DNA of 25,491 bases, from positions 1 to 25,491 of the forward strand of contig JBJTJB010000386.1 of NCBI GenBank assembly GCA_046095245.1. Reading direction: 5' to 3'. The notes beneath the pieces are model-generated. The model searched no databases and was not told where the DNA came from. It was given only the letters and a program-made list of their open reading frames with translations. Both the position numbers and the translations under genes were made by a program. This stretch comes from Bacteroidota bacterium (GTDB taxonomy: Bacteria > Bacteroidota > Bacteroidia > AKYH767-A > OLB10). This document shows positions 1-8,048 of the stretch, piece after piece; the stretch's first letter is position 1, and every line of letters starts with the position of its first letter.

Positions 1-76
1 GCATTGCTGCGTACACAGAGGCCAGCAGAACGAAGCACTTGTCCTCGACAGATAAGCGTTTCATTGCGGTTTGCAT
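1..76 (-). CDS. Possible 5' end of a gene running off the left edge (MQTAMKRLSVEDKCFVLLASVYAAM...)
   Basis: ATG at 76-74 overlaps the rlmB stop in a TGATG arrangement. The frame is open to the edge and has a basic-then-hydrophobic N-terminus. It is too short to identify. Confidence 0.35.
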   Translation of the reverse strand, partial: MQTAMKRLSVEDKCFVLLASVYAAM

Positions 77-825
77 CATAAAGACTTTCGCTGACACATC
101 ACTTCATACAGGATCATACCGGTGGCAACCGATACATTGTAGGAGGATACATTTCCGGCCATTGGCAATTTCACTGCTTCATCACAGCGTTTCATGTATT
201 CTGGGGAAACGCCATTTTCTTCACTTCCCATGATAATCGCAAGGGGCATTGAGAAATCGACCGCGCGACTTACAGACCGACCCTTTTCGCTACACGCCAC
301 AACACGTATACCTGATTCCTTCAGGAAGTCGATCGTATCTTTCAGGTTGTCTTCCCGGCAAACAGGGAGATGATTCAAGGCACCCGCACTCGTTTTAATC
401 GCATCGCCATTGATAAGGGCAGACCCTCTGGAGGGAAGGATCAACGCATCCACTCCGGCACACTCGGCTGTACGCGCAATAGCACCCAGATTCCGGGTAT
501 CAGTAATCCGATCCAGGATCAGAAACAGGGGCACCTTACCCGATTGAAATGCATTGGACACACATTCGGACACGCTGGCGTATTCGAGCGGAGACTGATA
601 GGCTACGACTCCCTGGTGATTGCCCCTGATCATCCGGTTCAACTTTTCCTGCGGAACCATTTGATAGTGGATGTTGGCGCTGTGGAGTTCCTGCCTAAGC
701 TCACGCATAAGAGGATTCACCAAACCCTGTTGCAGGTATACACGTTCGAAGGCGCTGCCGGAGCGAATGGCTTCGATTACCGCACGGGTTCCATAAATGA
801 GTACCAACTCTTCCTGATCAGGCAT
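76..825 (-). CDS. rlmB: 23S rRNA (guanosine-2251 2'-O)-methyltransferase RlmB (SpoU/TrmH family)
   Basis: N-terminal IYGTRAVIEA, HQGVVA, ILDRITDTRNLGAIARTAECAG, KTSAGA, and SPOUT motifs GSEENG and SYNVSVA. Confidence 0.93.
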   Translation of the reverse strand: MPDQEELVLIYGTRAVIEAIRSGSAFERVYLQQGLVNPLMRELRQELHSANIHYQMVPQEKLNRMIRGNHQGVVAYQSPLEYASVSECVSNAFQSGKVPLFLILDRITDTRNLGAIARTAECAGVDALILPSRGSALINGDAIKTSAGALNHLPVCREDNLKDTIDFLKESGIRVVACSEKGRSVSRAVDFSMPLAIIMGSEENGVSPEYMKRCDEAVKLPMAGNVSSYNVSVATGMILYEVMCQRKSL

Positions 826-886
826 AGGGGCGAATGTAGTAAAAGCCCGGTTTTATTTCCAGCGATGGCATCCCTGTGAAAATAGG

Positions 887-2233
887 TTACGCTTCAGTGG
901 CCGGCTCTTCGATGTCCAGTCCCTCGGTACGTTCAATCAATTTAGGATTGATCTGCTTATGGGTCTTGGCACCGAGTTTTTTAAGACGTTCGGTGCGGGC
1001 AATCAGGTTTCCGTTACCGGTATGCAGACGCTTCATGGTCTCCTCGTAAGCAGTTTGTGCATCCTGCAGCTTCTTTCCGACGATAATCATTTCATCAATC
1101 AGCATACAGAACTTATCGTACAGATCACCGGATTGACGTGCGATTTCGATGGCGTTCTTGTTTTGGTGTTCGATGCGCCAGATGCTAGCAATGGTACGCA
1201 GTGTTGCGAGCAGCGTGCTTGTTGTAACAATGACGATGTTATGCTTGAAGGCCTCGTTGAACAACTCCGCATCGTGTTCGACCGCCAGCGAAAATGCAGG
1301 CTCAATGGGAACGAAGAGCAAAACGAAATCCAAGGTATTCAAGGCATACATACCCTGGTAGTTCTTACCACTGAGGTCTTTGATGTGTTTGCGAAGGGAA
1401 TTCATGTGCTCGCGCAGTAACACAATCCGCTCGGCCTCGTCGGATGAATTGCAATACCGTTCGTAGGCGATGAGCGAAACCTTGGAGTCGATGACTATGC
1501 TTCGGTTTTCGGGGAGATTCAGGACAACATCGGGTTGAAGTCGCTTGCCATCTTCAGTAAGGAAGGATGCCTGAACCTGATACTCCCTCCCTTTGACCAG
1601 ACCTGAACTTTCAAGAATGCGTTCAAGAATCATCTCCCCCCAATTCCCTTGGATTTTGGTTTGACCCTTCAAGGCAGAAACCAGGTTTCTGGCTTCATCG
1701 CCGATGGTCCGGTTGAGGGTTTGCAGCTGATTTAATTCAGCACGCAGATCCACATGCTCCTTCATGCGGTCTTCGTTGGTTTTGGTAACCTGCTGCTCGA
1801 ACCGTTCAATGCGCTCACGCAGTGGATTCAACACATCTTCCAGACGGGACTTGTGTTCGTCCTGAATCCGGTTGGCGTTGCGCATGACCACATCGGAAGC
1901 GATGGCTGCGAACTGCTCCTTCATTTGCGCCCTGACTTGCTCCAGCTCGCTGCGGTGCTCCTCCAACCTAAGCGCAACATCCTCAGCTCCCTTTTCTGCA
2001 CGTACCCTGGCCTGATGCGCCTGATTCAATTCCTCACGCAGCGAATTGAGTGCCGACTGCTCCTTTTCAAGCCGGGATTGCAAATCCTCCGCCCGATGGG
2101 TTAGGACAGCAAACCGTTTTTCATCCTCCAGATTCAATTGAATCGTTGGATTGCCCGACATCCGTCGCAGCACAAGAAAAGTCAGCCCGGAACCAATCAC
2201 GAGACCAACGAGCAAATACACCAATTCTGACAT
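887..2233 (-). CDS. rmuC: DNA recombination protein RmuC
   Basis: N-terminal TM anchor and long coiled coil, then QGNWGEMILERILESSGL, LQPDVVLNLP, IVIDSKVSL, DFVLLFVPIEPAF and a terminal LKKLGAK. Confidence 0.93.
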   Translation of the reverse strand: MSELVYLLVGLVIGSGLTFLVLRRMSGNPTIQLNLEDEKRFAVLTHRAEDLQSRLEKEQSALNSLREELNQAHQARVRAEKGAEDVALRLEEHRSELEQVRAQMKEQFAAIASDVVMRNANRIQDEHKSRLEDVLNPLRERIERFEQQVTKTNEDRMKEHVDLRAELNQLQTLNRTIGDEARNLVSALKGQTKIQGNWGEMILERILESSGLVKGREYQVQASFLTEDGKRLQPDVVLNLPENRSIVIDSKVSLIAYERYCNSSDEAERIVLLREHMNSLRKHIKDLSGKNYQGMYALNTLDFVLLFVPIEPAFSLAVEHDAELFNEAFKHNIVIVTTSTLLATLRTIASIWRIEHQNKNAIEIARQSGDLYDKFCMLIDEMIIVGKKLQDAQTAYEETMKRLHTGNGNLIARTERLKKLGAKTHKQINPKLIERTEGLDIEEPATEA

Positions 2234-2272
2234 GGTAACGAAGATAAGGATTGACCGGTTGAGATGGAGGGT

Positions 2273-2725
2273 TCACAGGGCAGGTAATGCATCCATATAC
2301 TCCACGCCATCCGTGTCAAGGCGCATACACACATGCTCCAGTCCGTTGGTCAGGACAACAAACGGAACCCGGAGTGTCATGTTATAGCGGGCTGCCTGCA
2401 GAAACACATCCTCATCGAGTGCAACGGAAGTTGATTTACATTCTGCAATCAACCAAGGTTTTCCTTCTGCATCGTAGACCACCACATCCGCACGCTGCGA
2501 CAACCCATTCACTTTCACCTGCTTCTCCACAGCCATACGCGATACGGGATAGTGGTAAGCCTCCTGCATGAAACGGATCAGGTTCTGCCTGACCCATTCC
2601 TCGGGTGTTAAAGGAACAAACTTACGTCTCACGACGTCGAAAATTTCCCTAATTTGGCCTTTTACACGGACGCGGAATCCGAAATCCGGAAAATTCAACG
2701 GTTCAAGGCCATCCATCTCCAACAT
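2273..2725 (-). CDS. Standalone type I restriction enzyme HsdR N-terminal-domain protein (PD-(D/E)xK-like)
   Basis: IFDVVRRKFVPLTPEEWVRQ, RADVVVY...LIAECK, QAARYN and LTNGLEH are typical of the small Bacteroidota HSDR_N protein found divergent from amn/holA. Confidence 0.88.
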   Translation of the reverse strand: MLEMDGLEPLNFPDFGFRVRVKGQIREIFDVVRRKFVPLTPEEWVRQNLIRFMQEAYHYPVSRMAVEKQVKVNGLSQRADVVVYDAEGKPWLIAECKSTSVALDEDVFLQAARYNMTLRVPFVVLTNGLEHVCMRLDTDGVEYMDALPAL

Positions 2726-2729
2726 GGGT

Positions 2730-2760
2730 CAAAGGTAATTCCCTTGAGGGGCCTGTACAA
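2730..2760 (-). promoter_or_regulatory. Bacteroidota sigma-A promoter, TTG-N20-TACCTTTG, ending 4 nt before the HsdR_N ATG
   Basis: The minus strand reads TTG (2760-2758), a 20-nt spacer, TACCTTTG (2737-2730), ACCC, then ATG. This fits the TTG-N19-21-TAnnTTTG consensus. Confidence 0.7.
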
Positions 2761-2784
2761 CCCGCAACCGGACAAACAGCTTGT

Positions 2785-3555
2785 ATGAAGACAAAACAGG
2801 AAATCGTAGAAAACTGGCTACCCAGGTACACCGGAGAGCAGACGGAGAAATTCGGGAAATATATTTTGCTGACCAATTTCCAGCACTACGTAGAATTGTT
2901 TGCTTCCTGGCACGAAGTTGAGGTAATCGGTCTGGGAAAACCCATGACCTGTGCGACTGCCAACAACATCACCATCATCAATTTCGGTATTGGCAGTGCC
3001 AACGCCGCAACCATCATGGATCTGCTCAGCGCCATCATGCCCAAGGCAGTCCTGTTTTTAGGGAAATGTGGTGGATTGAAGAAAAAAAACAACGTTGGGG
3101 ACCTGATCCTTCCTATCGCTGCCATACGGGGAGAAGGAACTTCCAATGACTACCTGCCGCCCATCGTTCCGGCTCTTCCTGCGTTCAGCCTGCAAAAAGC
3201 GGTTTCAACAACCATCAGGAATTTCGACAAAGACTACTGGACCGGTACGGTATACACCACCAACAGGCGCGTTTGGGAGCACGATACGGAGTTCAAAAAA
3301 TACCTCGAGACGCTCAGGTGCATGGCCATTGATATGGAGACCGCCACCATTTTCATCACCGGTTTCGCAAACCAGATTCCGACAGGTGCGTTGTTGCTGG
3401 TATCCGACCAACCCATGACTCCCGAGGGTGTAAAAACTGCTCAAAGCGATACGCAGGTAACACAACAATTTGTGGAAGATCACATCCGCATCGGAATTGC
3501 TGCCTTGAACGAACTGATCAACAACGGTCATACGGTGAAGCATCTCCGCTTTTGA
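2785..3555 (+). CDS. amn: AMP nucleosidase (Bacteroidota short form, PNP/UDP phosphorylase family)
   Basis: MKTKQEIVENWLPRYTG, YILLTNF, NFGIGSANAATIMDLL, FLGKCGGL, AAIRGEGTSNDY, IDMETAT and LLLVSDQPM. Confidence 0.9.
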   Translation: MKTKQEIVENWLPRYTGEQTEKFGKYILLTNFQHYVELFASWHEVEVIGLGKPMTCATANNITIINFGIGSANAATIMDLLSAIMPKAVLFLGKCGGLKKKNNVGDLILPIAAIRGEGTSNDYLPPIVPALPAFSLQKAVSTTIRNFDKDYWTGTVYTTNRRVWEHDTEFKKYLETLRCMAIDMETATIFITGFANQIPTGALLLVSDQPMTPEGVKTAQSDTQVTQQFVEDHIRIGIAALNELINNGHTVKHLRF

Positions 3556-3573
3556 TAATCATCTCGAGGTGAT

Positions 3574-4650
3574 ATGCCCTTAAAAACATTTGAAGAGATC
3601 AGTCGCGATGTCCGAAATCGGATCTACTCGCCCGTGTACATTTTTCAGGGTGAAGAGCCTTATTACATTGACCGGCTCGCTGACCTGATGGAGGATAGCA
3701 TCATTGATGACTCACTCCGGGAATTCAACCAGACAGTAGCGTATGGTAAAGACTGCGATGTAGTACAACTTGTCAGTATGGCCAAGCGGTATCCGATGAT
3801 GTCGGATTATCAGCTGGTGTTGGTCAGGGAAGCCCAGGAAATCCGCAACCTGCTTCCCAGGGGAAAGGGCGCTACGAGCGAGGAAACACCCATCAAGGGC
3901 GATGAGGAAAAAGATAAGACGGATCACTTTCTGGCCTATGTTCAGAACCCGCAGCCATCAACAGTGCTTGTCCTGTGCCTCAAGTACAAGTCGATTGACA
4001 AGCGCAGCAAGCTCTACAAGGCCCTTGAAAAAAAGGGCGTCGTGCTGGAGACCAAGAAACTGTATGACGACAAGCTCCCAAAGTGGATTGAAACTTACCT
4101 TGCCGACAAGAAGGCATTGATCCGTCCGAATGCGGCTTTGCTGATGGCCGAGCACCTGGGCAATGACCTTTCTCGCATTGCCAATGAATGCGATAAACTC
4201 CTTATCAACCTAAAACCCGGAGAAACCATCGATGTGAAACACATCGAACAAAACATCGGTATCAGTAAAGAATTCAACGGACTCGAGTTACTGAAGGCAA
4301 TCGGCAAAAAAGACATTTTTCAGGCGACACGGATTGTCAATTATTTCCGTGAAAACCCCAAGAGCAATCCGATCCAGATGACTCTTGGCATGCTTTACAA
4401 CTACTTTTCAAAATTGCTTTTATTCCACTCCCTGACTGATAAATCCAAACAGGCCGTAGCGACAGCATTGAAAGTACACCCCTTTTTCGTGGATGAATAC
4501 TTCGTGGCTGCCAAAAATTATCCTCCGACGAAACTTGTCGAGATTGCAGGTTTACTACGCCAGTTCGATATGCGATCGAAGGGTGTTGGAAGTACCGAAA
4601 GTGATAGTGGTGAATTGACGCGCGAACTTGTGTACAGAATCATGCATTGA
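3574..4650 (+). CDS. holA: DNA polymerase III subunit delta
   Basis: PVYIFQGEEPYYID, EFNQTVAYGKD, AKRYPMMSDYQLVLVREAQ, HLGNDLSRIANECDKL, EQNIGISKEFN and DMRSKGV. Confidence 0.93.
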   Translation: MPLKTFEEISRDVRNRIYSPVYIFQGEEPYYIDRLADLMEDSIIDDSLREFNQTVAYGKDCDVVQLVSMAKRYPMMSDYQLVLVREAQEIRNLLPRGKGATSEETPIKGDEEKDKTDHFLAYVQNPQPSTVLVLCLKYKSIDKRSKLYKALEKKGVVLETKKLYDDKLPKWIETYLADKKALIRPNAALLMAEHLGNDLSRIANECDKLLINLKPGETIDVKHIEQNIGISKEFNGLELLKAIGKKDIFQATRIVNYFRENPKSNPIQMTLGMLYNYFSKLLLFHSLTDKSKQAVATALKVHPFFVDEYFVAAKNYPPTKLVEIAGLLRQFDMRSKGVGSTESDSGELTRELVYRIMH

Positions 4651-5441
4651 GGCAGATGAGCAAATTGTTCCGGATTTCTGTCGTCTCCTACCTGAATTCA
4701 AAACCGTATCTGACGGCATTGAACAGCCTATCTACCGAGCATTTCCGGATAGAACAGGACATCCCGGCCATCTGCGCCCAAAAACTATTAGCCGGAGTTG
4801 TCGACCTCGGTTTGATTCCTGCTGCGGTCATTCCGAAAATCGTACAACCTCATTTCGTTCCGGGTTTCGGTATTGCAGCAAACGGAAAGGTTGACAGCGT
4901 TCTGTTGCTGAGCCAGGTTCCCATCAGCGATGTGCGTAATGTGGTTCTCGACATGGAATCGCGCACATCTGTTCAGCTGGCACGAATTCTCGCCAAGGAA
5001 TACTGGAACATTCAACCCACCTGGCTGAATGAATCGGAAACCGGGAAACCAATTGAGTCTGGAGAACATACCAGCGTTGTGGTGATTGGCGACAGGGCTA
5101 TGGAATTGGCACCGAAGTATGAATTCGGTTATGATTTGGCTGAGGCCTGGAAGAACCATACGGGTTTGCCGTTTGTTTTTGCAGCCTGGGTAAGCTCAGG
5201 GTCTATACCGGAAGAAATCCTGAAAGCGCTGACTGCTGCTTTTGAAATTGCGGCTAATCCCTCAGAGTCCTTATTGGATGCAATCCAATTGGATCATCCC
5301 CATCTAAATGTGCGTGAATATCTGACCCGGCGGATTGTATACCGTCTTGGGGAAGCGGAGTACCAGGGTCTCCATTGCTTCCTGCAAAAACTCGCTGAGT
5401 CGGATTCAATACCGGCTTCCGGTTCCACCCAAGCCCGATAA
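4647..5441 (+). CDS. mqnA: Menaquinone (futalosine pathway) biosynthesis protein, MqnA/chorismate dehydratase-like
   Basis: ISVVSYLNSKPY, GKVDSVLL, DMESRTSVQLARIL, VVIGDRAM and YDLAEAWKNHTGLPFVFAAW. It overlaps the holA stop by 4 nt at 4647-4650 (a downstream ATG is an alternative start). Confidence 0.82.
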   Translation: MRQMSKLFRISVVSYLNSKPYLTALNSLSTEHFRIEQDIPAICAQKLLAGVVDLGLIPAAVIPKIVQPHFVPGFGIAANGKVDSVLLLSQVPISDVRNVVLDMESRTSVQLARILAKEYWNIQPTWLNESETGKPIESGEHTSVVVIGDRAMELAPKYEFGYDLAEAWKNHTGLPFVFAAWVSSGSIPEEILKALTAAFEIAANPSESLLDAIQLDHPHLNVREYLTRRIVYRLGEAEYQGLHCFLQKLAESDSIPASGSTQAR

Positions 5442-5675
5442 ACGGTCGGTTGCATCCGAAAGTCGTCTGACCAATTCGTACTCCTCGTCCGTGAGACCGG
5501 GAGCAGGATTTAAAGGGGTGATTCCCGCCTTGCGGACAGGATTGGCTGAACGCCCCATGACAAGTGCTGCCAAATCGCGGATGAACGCCGATCGCTCATG
5601 GTCCTCCATGGCTTCACTCAGTGTGACAACGAGACGAAGGGCTTTGAGGCGGAGATCCGAAAATTCATTTTCCAT
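5406..5675 (-). CDS. Small hypothetical protein of about 89 aa (MENEFSDLRLKALRLVVTLS...)
   Basis: ATG at 5675 lies 16 nt after the kinase stop on the same strand. The sequence looks like amphipathic helices. The longer 5816 start in the ORF track overlaps the kinase and is unlikely. Confidence 0.55.
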   Translation of the reverse strand: MENEFSDLRLKALRLVVTLSEAMEDHERSAFIRDLAALVMGRSANPVRKAGITPLNPAPGLTDEEYELVRRLSDATDRLSGLGGTGSRY

Positions 5676-5691
5676 GACCCTTCTACGCCAA

Positions 5692-7521
5692 TCAGGCACG
5701 ATTGGTTCCGGAACTCTGATGGACATTTGAGGAATTTGACACCGGTACGGTTTCATCCCTTGATTCAGGCCAGAAAACGACGAATGAAGCTCCCATTCCC
5801 AATTCGGATTCAACACGTATGGATCCGCCCTCTTCCTCCACTAATTTTTTGACGATGGCAAGACCCACCCCTCTTGATTCCACCTCATCCCTCGCATTGA
5901 GCGTTTGAAAAATCTCAAAAATTTTCTGGTGGTACCTGGGCTCAATGCCTGGACCATTATCCTGCACATAAAATTCCCATCCACCGGTGGTCAAACGACA
6001 TCCGATAGCGATTTCAGGCGCAGACTTGTTGTTGTATTTTAGCGCATTCTGTATGAGGTTGATAAAGACCTGCTGCATCTTTACCTTACGCGCAAAGATC
6101 CGAGACCAATCACCGGTGATAGTTATCCGGACACCTTGTGGCGGCCCGAGAAGATCAACGGTTTCCTGCACCATTTCGGCCACATCGAATATTACACGAT
6201 CCTCCTCCTTTTTAGCGGCTTTCGTATAGTCGAGAATACCATTGATAAGACCTTCCATACGAACCACCCGACCCTGTATAGTCGTCAAGTGCTTCCGCAT
6301 ATCTTCAGGCAGGTGCTGTCCCATATCTTCCTCAATCCAACCGGTAAGGCTTCCGATGGCACGAAGTGGTGCTTTTAAATCGTGAGAAACCACGTAAGCG
6401 AACTTGTCGAGTTCGGCATTGGTCTTTTCGAGGTTTCGCATGTAAAGCAGGGTCTGCTCTTCGGCCATTTTACGCTCAGTGATATCGGTACCGATGAGAA
6501 TGAACTGCGAACTTCCGTCCTCATCCGATTGAATGGGAGTCGCATTGAGCTGGATCCAATACCTGGTTCCATCTTTCCGAGCAATTTGAAGTTCGCCGGT
6601 GAAAGATGCATGCCGACCAAGTGCACCAGACAATTCCTTCAGTGCATTATCTGACAAACCAGGAACAGGTGTATAGACCGTCAATATGTCCAACCCAAGG
6701 ATGTGAGAAGAGCGAAGATGGGTCAGCCGCATGAACCCATCATTGACCCATTCAATCCGCCCATTTGCGTCGGTAATCACAATCGCATTTTCGGCTTTTG
6801 ATGCTACCGTTGACAACTTATTCAACTCACGGTTTTTCAGCGTAAGCTCGTTTCGTTGTTCCGTAATCCGTGAAATGACTTCGTTTTTACCGCTTTCCAG
6901 AAAATTCATCTGAGCGGATAGAATCAACATGGCAAAAAGCCAGGTCGACATGTAATCGAGGTTGATACTCCACTCATCTTTCCCGATGAGATCATACTGC
7001 ACCCAATCCGTATGCCCTGTGATATACCAGAAATAGACAATGTGGATGGCAGAGAGGGCGAATACGATGCGACCGGCCTTATTCCCCAACAACATGTAAG
7101 CCAGCAGCATATTCCCCGCGAGATACATGATTGCAGAGGCCCTGATTCCGCCCGAGCTATAGCTAATAAGATGCAAGGTGATAAAAGCCGCAAGTACGAT
7201 TGTGTAATAGGAAAACCTATGGTTACGGTGAAACGGCAGCGAAACGTAATTGACCACTAATCCGATCGCCAAAAGTCCGATCAACAACGAAGTCAATTTA
7301 GCGGTGACACCAGACTCCATTACATAAACGGACTGAGCGAATGCGATACCAATGACGATTCCCGCTGTGAGTGTGGTTATCGTGAATAACCTGAACCGCT
7401 GGCGATCGATCAGTTCCTGAGCCGCAAGGCTATCCAAATATTCCCGATAGCGAAGACGCCACCCGCCGAAAAACCCGAGCCTTTTGGGTAACTCTACCGA
7501 AACCGAGCGAAATGGATACAT
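5692..7521 (-). CDS. Membrane sensor histidine kinase: about 6 TM helices, coiled coil, PAS/PAC, HisKA and HATPase
   Basis: H-box VSHDLKAPLRAI, N-box NLIQNALKY, G1 DNGPGI, F-box IFEIF and G2 GVGLAIVKK. PAS region runs from AIVITDANGRIEWVN to DITERK. There are six hydrophobic segments at the N-terminus. The start is set at ATG 7521 because the 7623 start overlaps the divergent regulator and lies upstream of the promoter motif. Confidence 0.92.
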   Translation of the reverse strand: MYPFRSVSVELPKRLGFFGGWRLRYREYLDSLAAQELIDRQRFRLFTITTLTAGIVIGIAFAQSVYVMESGVTAKLTSLLIGLLAIGLVVNYVSLPFHRNHRFSYYTIVLAAFITLHLISYSSGGIRASAIMYLAGNMLLAYMLLGNKAGRIVFALSAIHIVYFWYITGHTDWVQYDLIGKDEWSINLDYMSTWLFAMLILSAQMNFLESGKNEVISRITEQRNELTLKNRELNKLSTVASKAENAIVITDANGRIEWVNDGFMRLTHLRSSHILGLDILTVYTPVPGLSDNALKELSGALGRHASFTGELQIARKDGTRYWIQLNATPIQSDEDGSSQFILIGTDITERKMAEEQTLLYMRNLEKTNAELDKFAYVVSHDLKAPLRAIGSLTGWIEEDMGQHLPEDMRKHLTTIQGRVVRMEGLINGILDYTKAAKKEEDRVIFDVAEMVQETVDLLGPPQGVRITITGDWSRIFARKVKMQQVFINLIQNALKYNNKSAPEIAIGCRLTTGGWEFYVQDNGPGIEPRYHQKIFEIFQTLNARDEVESRGVGLAIVKKLVEEEGGSIRVESELGMGASFVVFWPESRDETVPVSNSSNVHQSSGTNRA

Positions 7522-7524
7522 TTG
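7517..7524 (+). promoter_or_regulatory. Candidate sigma-A -7 box (TACATTTG) for the response regulator, overlapping the kinase start codon
   Basis: Perfect TAnnTTTG on the plus strand, 69 nt before ATG 7594. No TTG was found at the -33 spacing. Confidence 0.4.
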
Positions 7525-7555
7525 ATGGAGTTTCTCAGGGAAGATTATTCCTGCA

Positions 7556-7585
7556 TTGTACGGAAGTGCTCTCCCTCCGGTTGCA
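7556..7585 (-). promoter_or_regulatory. ECF-sigma-type promoter, copy 1 (TGCAACCG-N12-TTCCGTACAA), upstream of the histidine kinase
   Basis: The minus strand reads TGCAACCG GAGGGAGAGCAC TTCCGTACAA. It has AAC-N17-CGT geometry, and the boxes and spacing are identical to the copy at 11392-11421. Confidence 0.72.
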
Positions 7586-7593
7586 TTAGACCC

Positions 7594-8007
7594 ATGACAA
7601 ATCAGCTCCCCCGTATCCTTCATGTGGAGGATGACCAGATCGACCGAATGGTTGTTCAGCGGCTACTGGGCAGATTCGGGTTGGCAGAGGGTTTACTCCA
7701 GGCCGGGAATGGCCTTGAAGCACTTGAACTTTTAAGCACAGCTCCCAAACCTTTCCCGAGGGCCATCCTGCTTGACATCAATATGCCCAAAATGAACGGA
7801 ATTGAATTCCTTCAACAGATCAGACAGGATCCTCTTCCACTTGCTACGCGCATTTACATGCTTACCACCTCTACCGACGAAAGGGACCGAAAATCGACCT
7901 TCGAACTTGGTGTTGCAGGTTATTTTGTGAAACCCATCGATATGAGTGGCTACGAGATGCTTTTCGAAACGCTGAAGTCCTTTTGGTCATTGAATCAATG
8001 GCCCTAG
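7594..8007 (+). CDS. Single-domain response regulator (CheY-like, Rcp1-type receiver)
   Basis: LHVEDDQID, phospho-acceptor ILLDINMPKMNG, LTTS and VKP, with no output domain. The start is set at ATG 7594. Confidence 0.92.
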   Translation: MTNQLPRILHVEDDQIDRMVVQRLLGRFGLAEGLLQAGNGLEALELLSTAPKPFPRAILLDINMPKMNGIEFLQQIRQDPLPLATRIYMLTTSTDERDRKSTFELGVAGYFVKPIDMSGYEMLFETLKSFWSLNQWP

Positions 8008-8048
8008 GCAAGTTCCAGATGACAAGCTGAAATTTATAGCTCCCGTTC

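Noticed and set aside
2273-2725. Type I restriction-modification defence system
   Set aside because: It is only a 150-aa N-terminal domain, with no helicase, hsdM or hsdS, in a conserved housekeeping context.
2763-2787. GCAACCG upstream of amn (and TGCAACC at 17039-17045) as further ECF promoter copies
   Set aside because: Neither has TTCCGTAC at the required spacing.
3566-3572. Shine-Dalgarno-like GAGGTGA before holA
   Set aside because: It ends 1 nt before the ATG, too close to function, and Bacteroidota rarely use SD pairing.
7522-7623. Extended N-termini of the kinase (7623) and receiver (7522) in the ORF track, implying a head-to-head overlap
   Set aside because: The internal ATGs at 7521 and 7594 give normal domain boundaries and leave a 72-nt gap that holds the promoter motif.
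5692-8007. Light-sensing (phytochrome or LOV) interpretation of the kinase-receiver pair
   Set aside because: There is no GAF/PHY domain and no GxNCRFLQ flavin-binding motif. Only the kinase core and receiver resemble Cph1/Rcp1.
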